Shown: positions 19,327-29,638 of the stretch, in pieces | How the letters are laid out: each line of letters opens with the position of its first letter | Numbering within the stretch: the first letter of the stretch is position 1 | Source of the DNA: an uncultured Bacilli bacterium | GTDB taxonomy: Bacteria > Bacillota_I > Bacilli_A > RF39 > UBA660 | DNA length: 64,000 nucleotides | Direction of reading: 5' to 3' | Assembly (NCBI GenBank): GCA_934087065.1 | Contig: CAKOIS010000004.1 | Location: forward strand, 419 to 64,418 | Program-made: the position numbers and the translations under genes | Notes under the pieces: model-generated | Told to the model about the DNA's origin: nothing | The model's database searches: none | The model's input: only the letters and a program-made list of their open reading frames with translations

Positions 19327-20118
19327 TTATCCCAAAGCTACATCCAAAACCATCATAATCGTGAATCCTATTAGCACTAAAAGTGTTACTAAATTTTTAC
19401 GTTTATTCATCAAGCACTCTGGAATTAACTCTTTAACGACTACATACACCATAGCACCAGCTGCAAAACAAAGGAAAAATGGTAGTATTACTTTAATTTT
19501 AATAACAAGAAGCGCTCCTATTACTCCACTAATTGGCTCAACTAAACCAGATAACTGTCCATAAAAGAATGAACGCGCTCTAGTGTATCCGTCTCTTCTT
19601 AAAGGCAAGCTAACTGCTGCTCCTTCAGGAAAATTCTGAACAGCTATACCTAAAGCAAATAAAAACGCACTAGCTAAAAGAGTTGTATTCATGTTATATG
19701 CTAAACTTCCAAACAAAACGCCAACAGCAAGCCCCTCTGGTATATTATGTAACGTAATCGAAATAATTAATAAGATACTTCTTTTCTTATCTGTTACTCT
19801 ACCCCTAGTCTGAGTAATCTTTTTAACAATTAAATCTCCCAAACACAAGAATAATGCTCCGCTTAAAAAACCTAATGCCGCAATTAACCAAGGTGTTTGA
19901 TTTAAACTTTCAGCTTGTTCTATTCCAGGCCCTAGTAAACTATAATAACTTGCACTAAGCATAACTCCACTTGCAAATGCTAAACACAAATCCATCACTA
20001 ATGCATTAACCTTCTTAAAAAATATAACAACACCAGCTCCCAATAAAGTAAATAGCCATGTAATAATAGTAGCAAAAAGTGCTAAAAACACTGGCTCAAC
20101 TTGAATTAATTTATCCAT
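19327..20118 (-). CDS. zupT: ZIP-family zinc transporter ZupT
   Basis: HNIPEGLAVG motif, 8 TM, ~260 aa. Confidence 0.8.
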   Translation of the reverse strand: MDKLIQVEPVFLALFATIITWLFTLLGAGVVIFFKKVNALVMDLCLAFASGVMLSASYYSLLGPGIEQAESLNQTPWLIAALGFLSGALFLCLGDLIVKKITQTRGRVTDKKRSILLIISITLHNIPEGLAVGVLFGSLAYNMNTTLLASAFLFALGIAVQNFPEGAAVSLPLRRDGYTRARSFFYGQLSGLVEPISGVIGALLVIKIKVILPFFLCFAAGAMVYVVVKELIPECLMNKRKNLVTLLVLIGFTIMMVLDVALG

Positions 20119-20186
20119 AAATCTTAAACGCCCTCCATTTTATTTTATGGAAAACTTAAGAATATGTATAGGCACAAAAAAAGAAA

Positions 20187-20900
20187 TTAAATTTCTCTTT
20201 TCACTTCCCCATTAACTCCCTTAATTAAAAACTCTTTAATCTCTTCGGTAACTTCTTCTTTTCTCTTACTTCTAAATATATCATGGTTTATCCCCTTAAC
20301 TAAAAGTAATTCTTTCTTCTTACTTAATAAATTCTCATAAACATACTTAGCACTACTAAAAGGAACTATATTATCTTTACTCCCTATAATTATCATAGTC
20401 GGCACTTTAACACTTTTAGGAGTATCATAGTTTTCACTAATCAAATTCATAAACTCACTTAAAGCATGCCTAGGAAGCAAAAACATTCTATTTAATATAA
20501 CATCTGCTTTATACTCTTTAATTACTTCAGGACTAAATTTCAAACTCTTAATTATATCAGGTTTATTATCCTTAAATTTTAAATAATGAAACGCCGGTGC
20601 AGCTAACACTAACTTCTTTACTTCTTTATACTTGCTAGCTAAATAAGTTGCTATTACTCCACCCATAGAATGCCCTATTACATAGATAGTTTTATACCCA
20701 TGATTAATTAAATTTTCTAAGTGTTGAGAACTACATTTTATCCAGTCTTCTCTAGTATACTCTCCAGGCATAGTATCATGTCCCGGCAAAGTAAAAGTAA
20801 ACACATCGTATCCTTTAATAAACTCTAATTCAGTAGACAAGTATTCTTCATCATACACTCCCCCACCAAAACCATGCACTATAAGTATTGCTTTCTTCAT
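20187..20900 (-). CDS. Alpha/beta-hydrolase fold esterase/lipase
   Basis: GHSMGG nucleophile elbow, HGFGG oxyanion region. Confidence 0.7.
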   Translation of the reverse strand: MKKAILIVHGFGGGVYDEEYLSTELEFIKGYDVFTFTLPGHDTMPGEYTREDWIKCSSQHLENLINHGYKTIYVIGHSMGGVIATYLASKYKEVKKLVLAAPAFHYLKFKDNKPDIIKSLKFSPEVIKEYKADVILNRMFLLPRHALSEFMNLISENYDTPKSVKVPTMIIIGSKDNIVPFSSAKYVYENLLSKKKELLLVKGINHDIFRSKRKEEVTEEIKEFLIKGVNGEVKREI

Positions 20901-20973
20901 AACTTCCCTCCATTTTTAATAATTATATTATAACACATTTTAGTTAAAATAAAACTCTATAAAAAGAATTTAT

Positions 20974-21033
20974 TTCAAAGTGCAAAATTTGCACTTTGAA
21001 ATTGCACTTTGAAATAAAAAGTTTACACTTTGC
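20974..21033. promoter_or_regulatory. Operator-like array: perfect palindrome TTCAAAGTGCAAAATTTGCACTTTGAA plus two further TGCACTTTGA(A) half-sites
   Basis: Seen directly; sits between divergent hydrolase (-) and ytxH-like (+) genes. Confidence 0.5.
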
Positions 21034-21095
21034 TAAAATTAAATAACATATATTTATAAAAAAGTGATATAATATGAACATAGGAAGGTGTTAAA

Positions 21096-21500
21096 ATGAA
21101 AAAAGAAAATTTAAAAGTAATGGCCGCACTTACAGGTGGAATTGTTTTAGGTGGAACACTAGGAGTATTATTTGCACCTAGAAAAGGTAGTGAAACAAGA
21201 GAAAAAATTAAACTAACCTTTGTAAATTTAAAAAATAAAGTATCAAAAATTGAAGAAGAAGACGTTAGATATTACATAGAAAAAAAGCTAAACGAAATAG
21301 ACGACGACATAGAAGTATTAGAAGGTACTTTAGAATTCAAAAAAGCTAAAAGACAAGCAAAAAAAGTAATCAAAAAAATAAATAAATTAATTGATTACAC
21401 TACAAAAAAAGGCTATGAGGAATTTGAAGACTTAATAACGGACCTAAAAGAAAAAGCAAGTGAGATAAGCGAAGAAATACTAACTAATTTAGAAAAATAA
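21096..21500 (+). CDS. YtxH-like (DUF948) membrane-anchored coiled-coil stress protein
   Basis: N-terminal Gly-rich TM LTGGIVLGGTLGVLFAPRKG followed by charged helical region. Confidence 0.5.
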   Translation: MKKENLKVMAALTGGIVLGGTLGVLFAPRKGSETREKIKLTFVNLKNKVSKIEEEDVRYYIEKKLNEIDDDIEVLEGTLEFKKAKRQAKKVIKKINKLIDYTTKKGYEEFEDLITDLKEKASEISEEILTNLEK

Positions 21501-21511
21501 ATACCGAATTT

Positions 21512-22102
21512 TTAACTTTCGGTATTCTTTTTATTTTCAATTTTGTTTTTTATAATCATAGCTATAATAAACACTGGTATTAATATAATTATTGATAAAA
21601 ATACTGTCATTATTAAAGTATCATTTCTATAATATCTAGTTAATACTTCATCTATTGTATCAACTGTTGACCCACTTTGATAATACTCAATAAAAGCTTT
21701 CTCTATATTTTCATTAATATCTTCTTTATAAGTAATAAAGTAAGTCGATCCAATTACTATAAAAGGTGTCGTATTAACATCAGTTCTTAAATAATCAAAA
21801 GTATTCTTCATAAGTAACATATTATCTTCATTACCACTTACTTCAAAACTTCTAAGTTTAAAGAACTTTCCATATCTAGCATAAATACTCTCTAAATACT
21901 TTAAAAAGTCAACGCTCTTACTTTCTCCCTTAGTTCTAAAAAAGTATATTGTAGTTTGATTATCATTTTCTTCATAATCAATATCGCTTTCTATCCCCTC
22001 ATCTTCTAAAGATTCCACTAAATTCATGCTCTTAACTTCAGCATTCATTACCATTGGTAAAAAACAAAATAAACCAAATAAAACAACTAAATATTTTTTC
22101 AT
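21512..22102 (-). CDS. Secreted protein with C-terminal TM anchor, unknown function
   Basis: Signal peptide + C-terminal hydrophobic helix; 4-nt overlap with upstream gene. Confidence 0.4.
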   Translation of the reverse strand: MKKYLVVLFGLFCFLPMVMNAEVKSMNLVESLEDEGIESDIDYEENDNQTTIYFFRTKGESKSVDFLKYLESIYARYGKFFKLRSFEVSGNEDNMLLMKNTFDYLRTDVNTTPFIVIGSTYFITYKEDINENIEKAFIEYYQSGSTVDTIDEVLTRYYRNDTLIMTVFLSIIILIPVFIIAMIIKNKIENKKNTES

Positions 22103-23262
22103 ATCATTTCCTCCTGTATACCTGTATATTTTTCTAATAACTGATTAACTAGTTCTTTCATTCCATCACTATTTTCTATCTGCTCTATTAAATAAGTAGC
22201 ATCCTCTTCATTAAATTCGCTTATCTTCTTAACGTTACTCAAGTCAAGCTTAACTTCTTCATAATCAGTTTCTTCCTCTTTGAAGTTTAAACTAACAAGT
22301 AAACCAGCACTATCATATTGAATTATAACTTTATATTCATTATCTTTTACTTCAAATACAACTTTAAATTCCGACTTTTCATTAACCATATAATCAAAAC
22401 TAACTGTATCTTTTAATATTCCAATAACTAAATCTTCTTTATCTTGAATTATATCAATTTGACTAAGTACAATTTTATAATTATCAAATTTGTAAGTAAA
22501 CACTACTTTTTCAGGTTTAAAGTTTTTCTCACTAAACACATCTTCATAAGTTAAATCATATTCACTTAAATATTCTTTAAATTTAATACTCTCTAAATTA
22601 CTTTCAAGTCTCTTATAAAATTCGTCATCCAAGTTAACCGTTATAACTAAATTATCTTTAGTAACCTTTCTTTTTAAATCGTCTTTATTTAAAGTATTGC
22701 CAATTACTTCAACAACTTTTTCAAGCATAGAACTTTCTTTACTTTCAGAATTTAAATACGGGATTAATTCCTTAATATATTTTTTATACTCTTTATAATT
22801 CATTTCATCTTCTTCTAAATCTTCATTAAAACTTTCTTCATCTATCAAATATATTCTATCAAAAAATTTAACATAAAACTCATCATTATAAAAATAAGCA
22901 CTGACTTTATAAGTTTCTTTATCTTCATAATTTAAATAAATAGTTTCCTCTAGATTATCTTTTAAATTACTATTAGATTTAAAAGAAATATTAAACTTAT
23001 TAAAGTATTCTAATATTTCTTGAGCTTCTTTATTTTCAGTATAAATATTATAACTAAATTTATAACCAAAACTATAATTATCTCTTATTTTATTAGCAGT
23101 ATACTTAATTTCACTAAAAGTATCCACTAGAATTACTTTAGGAGTAAGTTTATAATAAACGTAACTTCCTGCCGCACATAAAAGAAGTACTAAAGCTAAA
23201 ATTACTATCCATTTAAACCATCCACTATCCTTTTCTTCAAAAAACACATCATCTTTACTCAT
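22099..23262 (-). CDS. Single-pass membrane protein with acidic extracytoplasmic domain, unknown function
   Basis: N-terminal TM (WFKWIVILALVLLLCAAGSYVYY); no recognised motifs. Confidence 0.4.
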   Translation of the reverse strand: MSKDDVFFEEKDSGWFKWIVILALVLLLCAAGSYVYYKLTPKVILVDTFSEIKYTANKIRDNYSFGYKFSYNIYTENKEAQEILEYFNKFNISFKSNSNLKDNLEETIYLNYEDKETYKVSAYFYNDEFYVKFFDRIYLIDEESFNEDLEEDEMNYKEYKKYIKELIPYLNSESKESSMLEKVVEVIGNTLNKDDLKRKVTKDNLVITVNLDDEFYKRLESNLESIKFKEYLSEYDLTYEDVFSEKNFKPEKVVFTYKFDNYKIVLSQIDIIQDKEDLVIGILKDTVSFDYMVNEKSEFKVVFEVKDNEYKVIIQYDSAGLLVSLNFKEEETDYEEVKLDLSNVKKISEFNEEDATYLIEQIENSDGMKELVNQLLEKYTGIQEEMI

Positions 23263-23368
23263 AGTTTTTACCTCTTACATATACATTTTATCAGATTTTA
23301 AAAAAAATTACCACTAAATATAGACATTTTTCATTTTTTATGATTAAATAAAATTAAGGTGGTTTTAT

Positions 23369-25477
23369 ATGAAGAGAGAATTATTAGAATACATTGAAAG
23401 CGATAAGTTTGAAAGTATAAGTTTTAACGGAGTAAAAAAATATCTAGGGGTATCTAAAAAACACATGAATGAAGAATTAAAAAGCATTCTTAAAACTTTT
23501 GAGTTAGAAGGTCTTTTGTATGAGGATAAAGATGGCTTATACAAAAAAATGCCTTCTAATTTTTTAGTTACAACAATAGACGAAACAAAAAAAGGCACAA
23601 AATATTACGAAACAAATAATATAAGATGTATACTTCAAAAAAATAAATTAAATGGCGCTCTTTGCTATGACAAAGTAATAATTGATACAAACACAAATGA
23701 AGTAGTAAAAGTACTTGTTAGAAATATGCCTAATGTAGTTTGTGAAGTAAGAATGACTCCAGAAGGTTTTAAATATTTATATCCAGTTAACACAAATAAC
23801 AACTTGAAAATAACTATTGGAACACAAAATATGAAAAAATTAATTCCAGGTTCAAGAGTTCTTATAGAAGCAACAAACGAAATTTATGATAACATGTATG
23901 TAGGAAAATATATTAAAACAATAGGTTTTATTAACGAACCAGATATAGACTACAAAACAATTGTCTACAATTATGGTTTCAATTTAGAATTTCCTAAAGA
24001 AGTGTTAGAAGAATTAAAAAAATTACATGATGAAGTAACTTATGAAGACAAAATTGGAAGAGTAGACTTAACTGATGAAAGAGTTTTTACAATAGATGGA
24101 AAAGACTGTAAAGACATGGATGATGCGATAAGTATTAAAAGAAAAGAAGATGGTGGCTACATTCTAAAAGTACACATCGCACATGTAAGCCATTATGTTA
24201 AATTTGGTAGTGCCATTTTTGAAGAAGCTGCTCGTCGTGGCAACAGTGTATATTTTCCAGATTCTGTTGTAGCAATGCTTCCAGAAAGACTATCTAATGA
24301 CTTATGTAGTTTAAACCCAAACGTTGAAAGATTAACAAGAACTGTTGAAATAGAATTAGATAAAAACGCTAAAGTTACAAGTTATAAAACATACCGTTCA
24401 GTTATAAAATCAAAATTAAAAATGAACTACGATGATGTATTTGATATAATAACAGGTAAAGAAGCAAAAAGTGAATACAAACCATTTGTTAACGACTTAA
24501 TGATACTTAAAGAATTATCAGAAAAACTAACAAAGATTAAAATTGAAAGAGGATATACAAGTTTTGATAGTGAAGAATTAAAATTCGTAATGGACGAACT
24601 AGGTAACACAAAAGAAATACTAGTTGAAAAAGATAACATCGCGCATGAAATAATAGAAAACTGTATGCTTTTACCTAACGAACTTGTAACACACTTATAC
24701 CCTGGTTTTCCATTTGGCTTTAGAAATCATGAAATACCAAGTGCTTATAAAATGTATGATTTAATTGAGACATTAAAAGAACTAGGTTATCCAATTAAAA
24801 ACTTAAAAAATATGAAACCTAACTTCTTAATACAAAGATTATTAAATGATTTTAAAGGTAAAGAAGAATATGTAATAATTTCAAGAATTATATTAACAAG
24901 TTTGAAACTTGCATACTACGGAACTGAAAACAAAGGACACTTTGGTCTAGCACTTCAAAATGGTTATACTCACTACACTAGTCCAATTAGAAGATTAAAT
25001 GATTTAATTATACACAATTTATTAGATATGTACGAAGATGGAACTTTAACAAAAGAAAAATTAATTGAAATTGATAATATGTTAGAAAAACTTTTAGAAC
25101 ACGCTTCTCGTATGGAAAGACAAGCAGAAAAAGCAGAATATGAAGCAGATAAATTACAAGTAATTAATTACTTAAAACAACATATTGGAGAAGAACAAAT
25201 CGCATACATAGAAAAGATAACACCTGAATATATTAAAGTAATCGTACCAGGTTTAATGGACGGAATTATAAAGTTTGATGATATGCCAGAAAGAACTTAT
25301 ATGTTACCATCTGGAAAACTAAAAGGTGTTGACACTGGAAGAGTTTATAAACCAGGTCACAAAGTATTACTTACAATTAAAGATGCAACTTATGTAGACA
25401 AATCAATATATTATAACTTAGTAGACAACTTAACTTTAACAGAAAGTGATAGTAATAAACTAACTAGAAAATTATAG
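23369..25477 (+). CDS. rnr: Ribonuclease R (RNB family 3'-5' exoribonuclease)
   Basis: N-terminal HTH/OB, RNB catalytic motif DCKDMDDAISI, C-terminal S1 domain. Confidence 0.9.
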   Translation: MKRELLEYIESDKFESISFNGVKKYLGVSKKHMNEELKSILKTFELEGLLYEDKDGLYKKMPSNFLVTTIDETKKGTKYYETNNIRCILQKNKLNGALCYDKVIIDTNTNEVVKVLVRNMPNVVCEVRMTPEGFKYLYPVNTNNNLKITIGTQNMKKLIPGSRVLIEATNEIYDNMYVGKYIKTIGFINEPDIDYKTIVYNYGFNLEFPKEVLEELKKLHDEVTYEDKIGRVDLTDERVFTIDGKDCKDMDDAISIKRKEDGGYILKVHIAHVSHYVKFGSAIFEEAARRGNSVYFPDSVVAMLPERLSNDLCSLNPNVERLTRTVEIELDKNAKVTSYKTYRSVIKSKLKMNYDDVFDIITGKEAKSEYKPFVNDLMILKELSEKLTKIKIERGYTSFDSEELKFVMDELGNTKEILVEKDNIAHEIIENCMLLPNELVTHLYPGFPFGFRNHEIPSAYKMYDLIETLKELGYPIKNLKNMKPNFLIQRLLNDFKGKEEYVIISRIILTSLKLAYYGTENKGHFGLALQNGYTHYTSPIRRLNDLIIHNLLDMYEDGTLTKEKLIEIDNMLEKLLEHASRMERQAEKAEYEADKLQVINYLKQHIGEEQIAYIEKITPEYIKVIVPGLMDGIIKFDDMPERTYMLPSGKLKGVDTGRVYKPGHKVLLTIKDATYVDKSIYYNLVDNLTLTESDSNKLTRKL

Positions 25478-25485
25478 GAGTATTT

Positions 25486-26163
25486 ATGAATAACGAAAAA
25501 AGAATATTTGCAAGTGGTTTAGGCTTTGATAAATTATTTATTATATTCGTAATTGGTTGCCTATTTGGTAACTACTATGAAATGATACTAAATTTAGTCA
25601 GACACTACTTAAGAGATGGTAGTATATTTTGGGAAGTAAGACGCGGGGTCATTTATGGCCCTTTTAGTCCTGTTTATGGAATGGGTGCTGTTTTAATGAC
25701 AAAACTCCTAGCAGATAAAAACGATAAATGGTATATAACACTAATTAAAGGTGCTATACTTGGGGGATCTTTTGAATACTTAATAAGTTTCTTACAAGAA
25801 ACATTTACTGGTACAACAAGTTGGAATTATAGAAAAAAAATACTAGACATAAATGGAAGAACTACAATACCAATTATGTTTTTATGGGGACTACTTTCTG
25901 TAGTATTTATCCACTTTATTTATCCAAGGCTTTCAAAAAAAATAGAAAACATTCCGTACAACATTGGAAAACCAATTCTTGTAGTATTTATAGTATTCTT
26001 ATCTCTTGATATGTTTATATCTTTTACAGCTGTAATCAGACAATCACTAAGAAGAGAAGGTTACCCAGCCTATACATACTTAGACGAATTTTATGATAAA
26101 GTTTATACAGATGAAAGACTAAAAAAAGCTTATCCAAATATGAAAGTGAGAAGTAAAAAATGA
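25486..26163 (+). CDS. Integral membrane protein (5-6 TM), unknown
   Basis: Hydrophobicity; 4-nt overlap with downstream GT2 gene. Confidence 0.4.
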   Translation: MNNEKRIFASGLGFDKLFIIFVIGCLFGNYYEMILNLVRHYLRDGSIFWEVRRGVIYGPFSPVYGMGAVLMTKLLADKNDKWYITLIKGAILGGSFEYLISFLQETFTGTTSWNYRKKILDINGRTTIPIMFLWGLLSVVFIHFIYPRLSKKIENIPYNIGKPILVVFIVFLSLDMFISFTAVIRQSLRREGYPAYTYLDEFYDKVYTDERLKKAYPNMKVRSKK

Positions 26164-27314
26164 TTAGTAACATATTTATAATAATTGGTATAACTTTATT
26201 TATATCAAAGCTAGTGTTAACTCTATTTAATAAAAACAAACCTACAAAAATAAATGTTGATAACCCAAACTACTGCATTCTAGTGCCTGCTAGAAACGAA
26301 TCTCACGTAATTGAAGACTTACTACACAGTATAAAAGTTCAAACAAAAAAAATACCATTTGAAAACGTTTATATTATTATAGAAGACAAAAGTGACCCTA
26401 CTATAGAAATTGCAAAAAAATATAATGCAAATATATTAATAAGACAAAAGCTAGAACTAAAAAGAAAAGGATATGCTCTAATGGAAGCAATAGAATTTAT
26501 CACAAAAACAAAAAGTTATGACGCATACTTTATATTTGATGCAGACAACATACTAGATAAAAACTATATTAAAGAAATGAACAAGTCATTTATGAGTGGC
26601 TATGACATAGGTATTGGTTATAGACTAATCAAAAATAAAACAAACAGTATTGCCACTTCTAGTCATTTAATATTTACCCTAATAAATGAGTTATCTAATA
26701 AAAATAGAAGTAAACACAACATAAACTGTAACTGTTCTGGAACTGGTTTTTATATAACAGGAAAACTTATAAACAAACTAAAAACTTACCCATTTCACTC
26801 ACTTACTGAAGACTACGAAATTTCACTATTCGCTTGCATTAACAACTTAACAACAACATATAACAGAAATGCTTTATTCTATGATGAACAACCAACAAAC
26901 TACAAAACATATTTAAAACAAAGAACAAGATGGGTAAGTGGTTACTTTGAAGCAAGAAAAAAATATACAAAAAACTTATTAAAAAACATAAACTTTAAAA
27001 ACAAAAACTTTGCTTCAAACTATAACTCCTTTATAGGTATATATGACTTGATTTTCTTACTTATTGGCTTAATACTCAATATGTTAAATCACCCACTTTT
27101 AATACCATTAATAGTTTACTTAGTTCTCATGTTACTAACAATTTATCTAATACATATAGAAAAAAACTTTAAACTAAACACTTCACTTTATATAAAAACT
27201 ATACTAGTGCACCCACTACTTCTTCTTAGTTACATACTCTGTTTAATAAAAGTACTAACTAGTAAAGAAATAACATGGGATGTTATAGAACACAAAGAGA
27301 CTTTAAATAAATAA
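26160..27314 (+). CDS. Membrane-bound family-2 glycosyltransferase (processive GT2-like)
   Basis: N-terminal TM, GT-A fold with FIFDADN (DXD) motif, C-terminal TM cluster. Confidence 0.7.
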   Translation: MISNIFIIIGITLFISKLVLTLFNKNKPTKINVDNPNYCILVPARNESHVIEDLLHSIKVQTKKIPFENVYIIIEDKSDPTIEIAKKYNANILIRQKLELKRKGYALMEAIEFITKTKSYDAYFIFDADNILDKNYIKEMNKSFMSGYDIGIGYRLIKNKTNSIATSSHLIFTLINELSNKNRSKHNINCNCSGTGFYITGKLINKLKTYPFHSLTEDYEISLFACINNLTTTYNRNALFYDEQPTNYKTYLKQRTRWVSGYFEARKKYTKNLLKNINFKNKNFASNYNSFIGIYDLIFLLIGLILNMLNHPLLIPLIVYLVLMLLTIYLIHIEKNFKLNTSLYIKTILVHPLLLLSYILCLIKVLTSKEITWDVIEHKETLNK

Positions 27315-27326
27315 GTCTTTTTTAAT
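27299..27326 (+). terminator. Putative terminator of GT2 operon
   Basis: gagactt-N9-aagtctt hairpin overlapping stop, followed by tttttt. Confidence 0.45.
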
Positions 27327-27481
27327 AACAAAAAAGCATTAATATCTGTACATATTAAATATTACTTTATACTTATACAATCACATTAAATTCTGGCTTC
27401 TCTTAACCATTTTAAACTAGAAGGTTACTTTTTTTCTAATTTTAGCACTTAAAATTAAAAATGTAAATTTATAAAAACCAT

Positions 27482-27504
27482 TAAAAAAAATAGACAAAAG
27501 TCTA
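27482..27504 (-). terminator. Putative terminator of psd-dagK transcript
   Basis: atagac-aaaa-gtctat hairpin at stop codon followed by U8 on minus strand. Confidence 0.45.
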
Positions 27505-28362
27505 TCTTTTCTTAACACCAATTTTCTCTCCACACTTAACTCTAGTTTCAATATTTCTAACTGAATTATTAAGAATATCCTTATCAATATCAATAACATC
27601 TTTTTTAATAAGTAACACAATAGTACTTCCTCCAAACAAGAACATTCCCTTTTCTTCTCCCTTTTTAAACTCATAATTATCATGCTTATTCTTAATCTTT
27701 CCAACAAGTGTTGCTCCAACTTCAACCTCGACTATATCTCCAAAATTCTTAGTATGAAGTGTAGTATACTCTCTACTGTTTCTCTTAAAAACCTTACACT
27801 TTCTATAAGCAATTGGTCTAACTGTATTTAAAACACCTCTTACAAAATAATTATCTCCTTGACTGCCATCATCAACATAATGATATCTATGATAATCGTC
27901 TTTACATAACCTAAACACAAGAGCTTTCCCATCAATATAATCTTTGTAAATCTCATCTTCATTAAGTAAATCTCTTACACTATAAAAAGAATTCTTTATC
28001 TCAAAACAAGAGTACTCATTAACATCATAAACAGTTAACTTAGCATCACATGGGCTTATTAAAACATCCTTATCCTTAATAAAATCAATTTGTTTTTTCT
28101 TTCTAATAAAAAACGAATTAAAACTCTTATATTTAACATCTTCATAAATACTCATATCTATATTATTTTTCTTAATAAATGGCTTAATAAAAAGCTTAGA
28201 AAATCTACCACTCAAAAACAAACCAATTAATTTAGAAATAAAAGGCAAACTTAAAAACTTAATAATAAACCTACCAACAACATTACCATAAAGAAAATTA
28301 ACTAACTTACCCTCTTTATCATAATCTAAATTATCTTCTCTATCTTTAATCATATACAACAT
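27502..28362 (-). CDS. psd: Phosphatidylserine decarboxylase proenzyme
   Basis: Psd fold; FGGSTIV self-cleavage (GST) motif near C-terminus. Confidence 0.85.
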   Translation of the reverse strand: MLYMIKDREDNLDYDKEGKLVNFLYGNVVGRFIIKFLSLPFISKLIGLFLSGRFSKLFIKPFIKKNNIDMSIYEDVKYKSFNSFFIRKKKQIDFIKDKDVLISPCDAKLTVYDVNEYSCFEIKNSFYSVRDLLNEDEIYKDYIDGKALVFRLCKDDYHRYHYVDDGSQGDNYFVRGVLNTVRPIAYRKCKVFKRNSREYTTLHTKNFGDIVEVEVGATLVGKIKNKHDNYEFKKGEEKGMFLFGGSTIVLLIKKDVIDIDKDILNNSVRNIETRVKCGEKIGVKKR

Positions 28363-28371
28363 AATTTATAC

Positions 28372-29310
28372 CTACTTTTCACTAAATTCTTCTAAATTAG
28401 TAAATAATTTTACTATATTCTTTTTAGGCACAAGCATATACATTTCTTTATTAATAGTAAAAACAAACTCATTTGTATCATGCCTATACTCTTCTCCATC
28501 AAGCACCCAACTACCTGGATGTTCTTTAAACTTAATCTTAAAATTATTAGTTTTATAATACTCTAAACCCGGCATACTCTTAACTTCACCTGCAAGTATC
28601 TTAGTAGCAAGAGCGATTAACTCTACTTTAGTTTTAGCACTAATCATAAGCACTTCAAACATATCGTCATCAAGTTTTATATCATTATAAATATGACTTA
28701 TTCCACCCATTCTACTAGTATTAGTTACAAACACAAATGAATAAGTTCCACTCTTTTTAACACCATCTATTTCATAATCTAAATCGAATAATCTAACTTT
28801 CCCAGTAAATTCATGAAGTGCATTAAAAATATAAGCTAGTCTTCCATACTTTTTCTTATACGCTCTTGGAGTATTATAACTAACATCAACATAACTACCA
28901 ATACACGCAACATAAACAAATGGAGTATCATTAATCATACAAATATCAACATTCTTTTTAACTCCACTTACAAGCATCTGAACATTAACTATCATATTTT
29001 TAGTATAACCATACATTGTACCAACATCATTCATAGTACCAACAGGAAGTTGTGCCATAACAAGCTTATTCTTTCTCATTAAATTACCTGTTATGCCTTC
29101 ATTTAAAGTACCATCCCCTCCAGCACAAATAACTAAATCAACATCATCTTCTAACTCACTTACTATTCTAGTCGCGTCTTTTGCAGCCTTAGTTGGACAC
29201 ATAACAGTCTCATACTCATTAACTTTCATAATATCAGGAAGTTCTTTAAGATTTTTCTTATCAACAGGTCTTCCACTTTCAGGATTATATATAACTACAC
29301 ATTTTTTCAT
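28372..29310 (-). CDS. Diacylglycerol/lipid kinase (DgkB/YegS family)
   Basis: ICAGGDGTLNE catalytic motif; ~310 aa. Confidence 0.8.
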   Translation of the reverse strand: MKKCVVIYNPESGRPVDKKNLKELPDIMKVNEYETVMCPTKAAKDATRIVSELEDDVDLVICAGGDGTLNEGITGNLMRKNKLVMAQLPVGTMNDVGTMYGYTKNMIVNVQMLVSGVKKNVDICMINDTPFVYVACIGSYVDVSYNTPRAYKKKYGRLAYIFNALHEFTGKVRLFDLDYEIDGVKKSGTYSFVFVTNTSRMGGISHIYNDIKLDDDMFEVLMISAKTKVELIALATKILAGEVKSMPGLEYYKTNNFKIKFKEHPGSWVLDGEEYRHDTNEFVFTINKEMYMLVPKKNIVKLFTNLEEFSEK

Positions 29311-29410
29311 ATTTTAAACGCCTCATAGATATTGTACCAAATTCCTAACTAAAAGTCTATACAAAGAAAAAGAAACAATACCGTTATTTAAAACAAAAAA
29401 CAAGTGTATT

Positions 29411-29451
29411 TTACATTTTGAGAAAGTTTTGTTTTACATTTTGAGAAAAAA
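29411..29451. repeat. Direct repeat TTTTACATTTTGAGAAA x2 (7-bp spacer)
   Basis: Seen directly in dagK upstream / htrA downstream intergenic region. Confidence 0.5.
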
Positions 29452-29477
29452 AGAAAGTCTTAACTTAAAACTTTCTT
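29444..29477 (-). terminator. Rho-independent terminator of htrA
   Basis: aagaaagt-N11-actttctt 8-bp stem followed on minus strand by U7. Confidence 0.65.
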
Positions 29478-29638
29478 AATATTATTTATAATATCATTCA
29501 TATCTAATTCTTCACTAATAAACATATCAACATAATCTATATTTTCTTGATTACCTATAGCTATAATTTTAATATTACTAGATATATCTTCTTTTATAGT
29601 TTGTAAGTTACGAGAAACAACAAAAGAAAAAACTAGGA

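Noticed and set aside
25905-25920. DnaA-box-like TTATCCACT
   Set aside because: Single copy with one mismatch inside a coding region; not a DnaA-box cluster.
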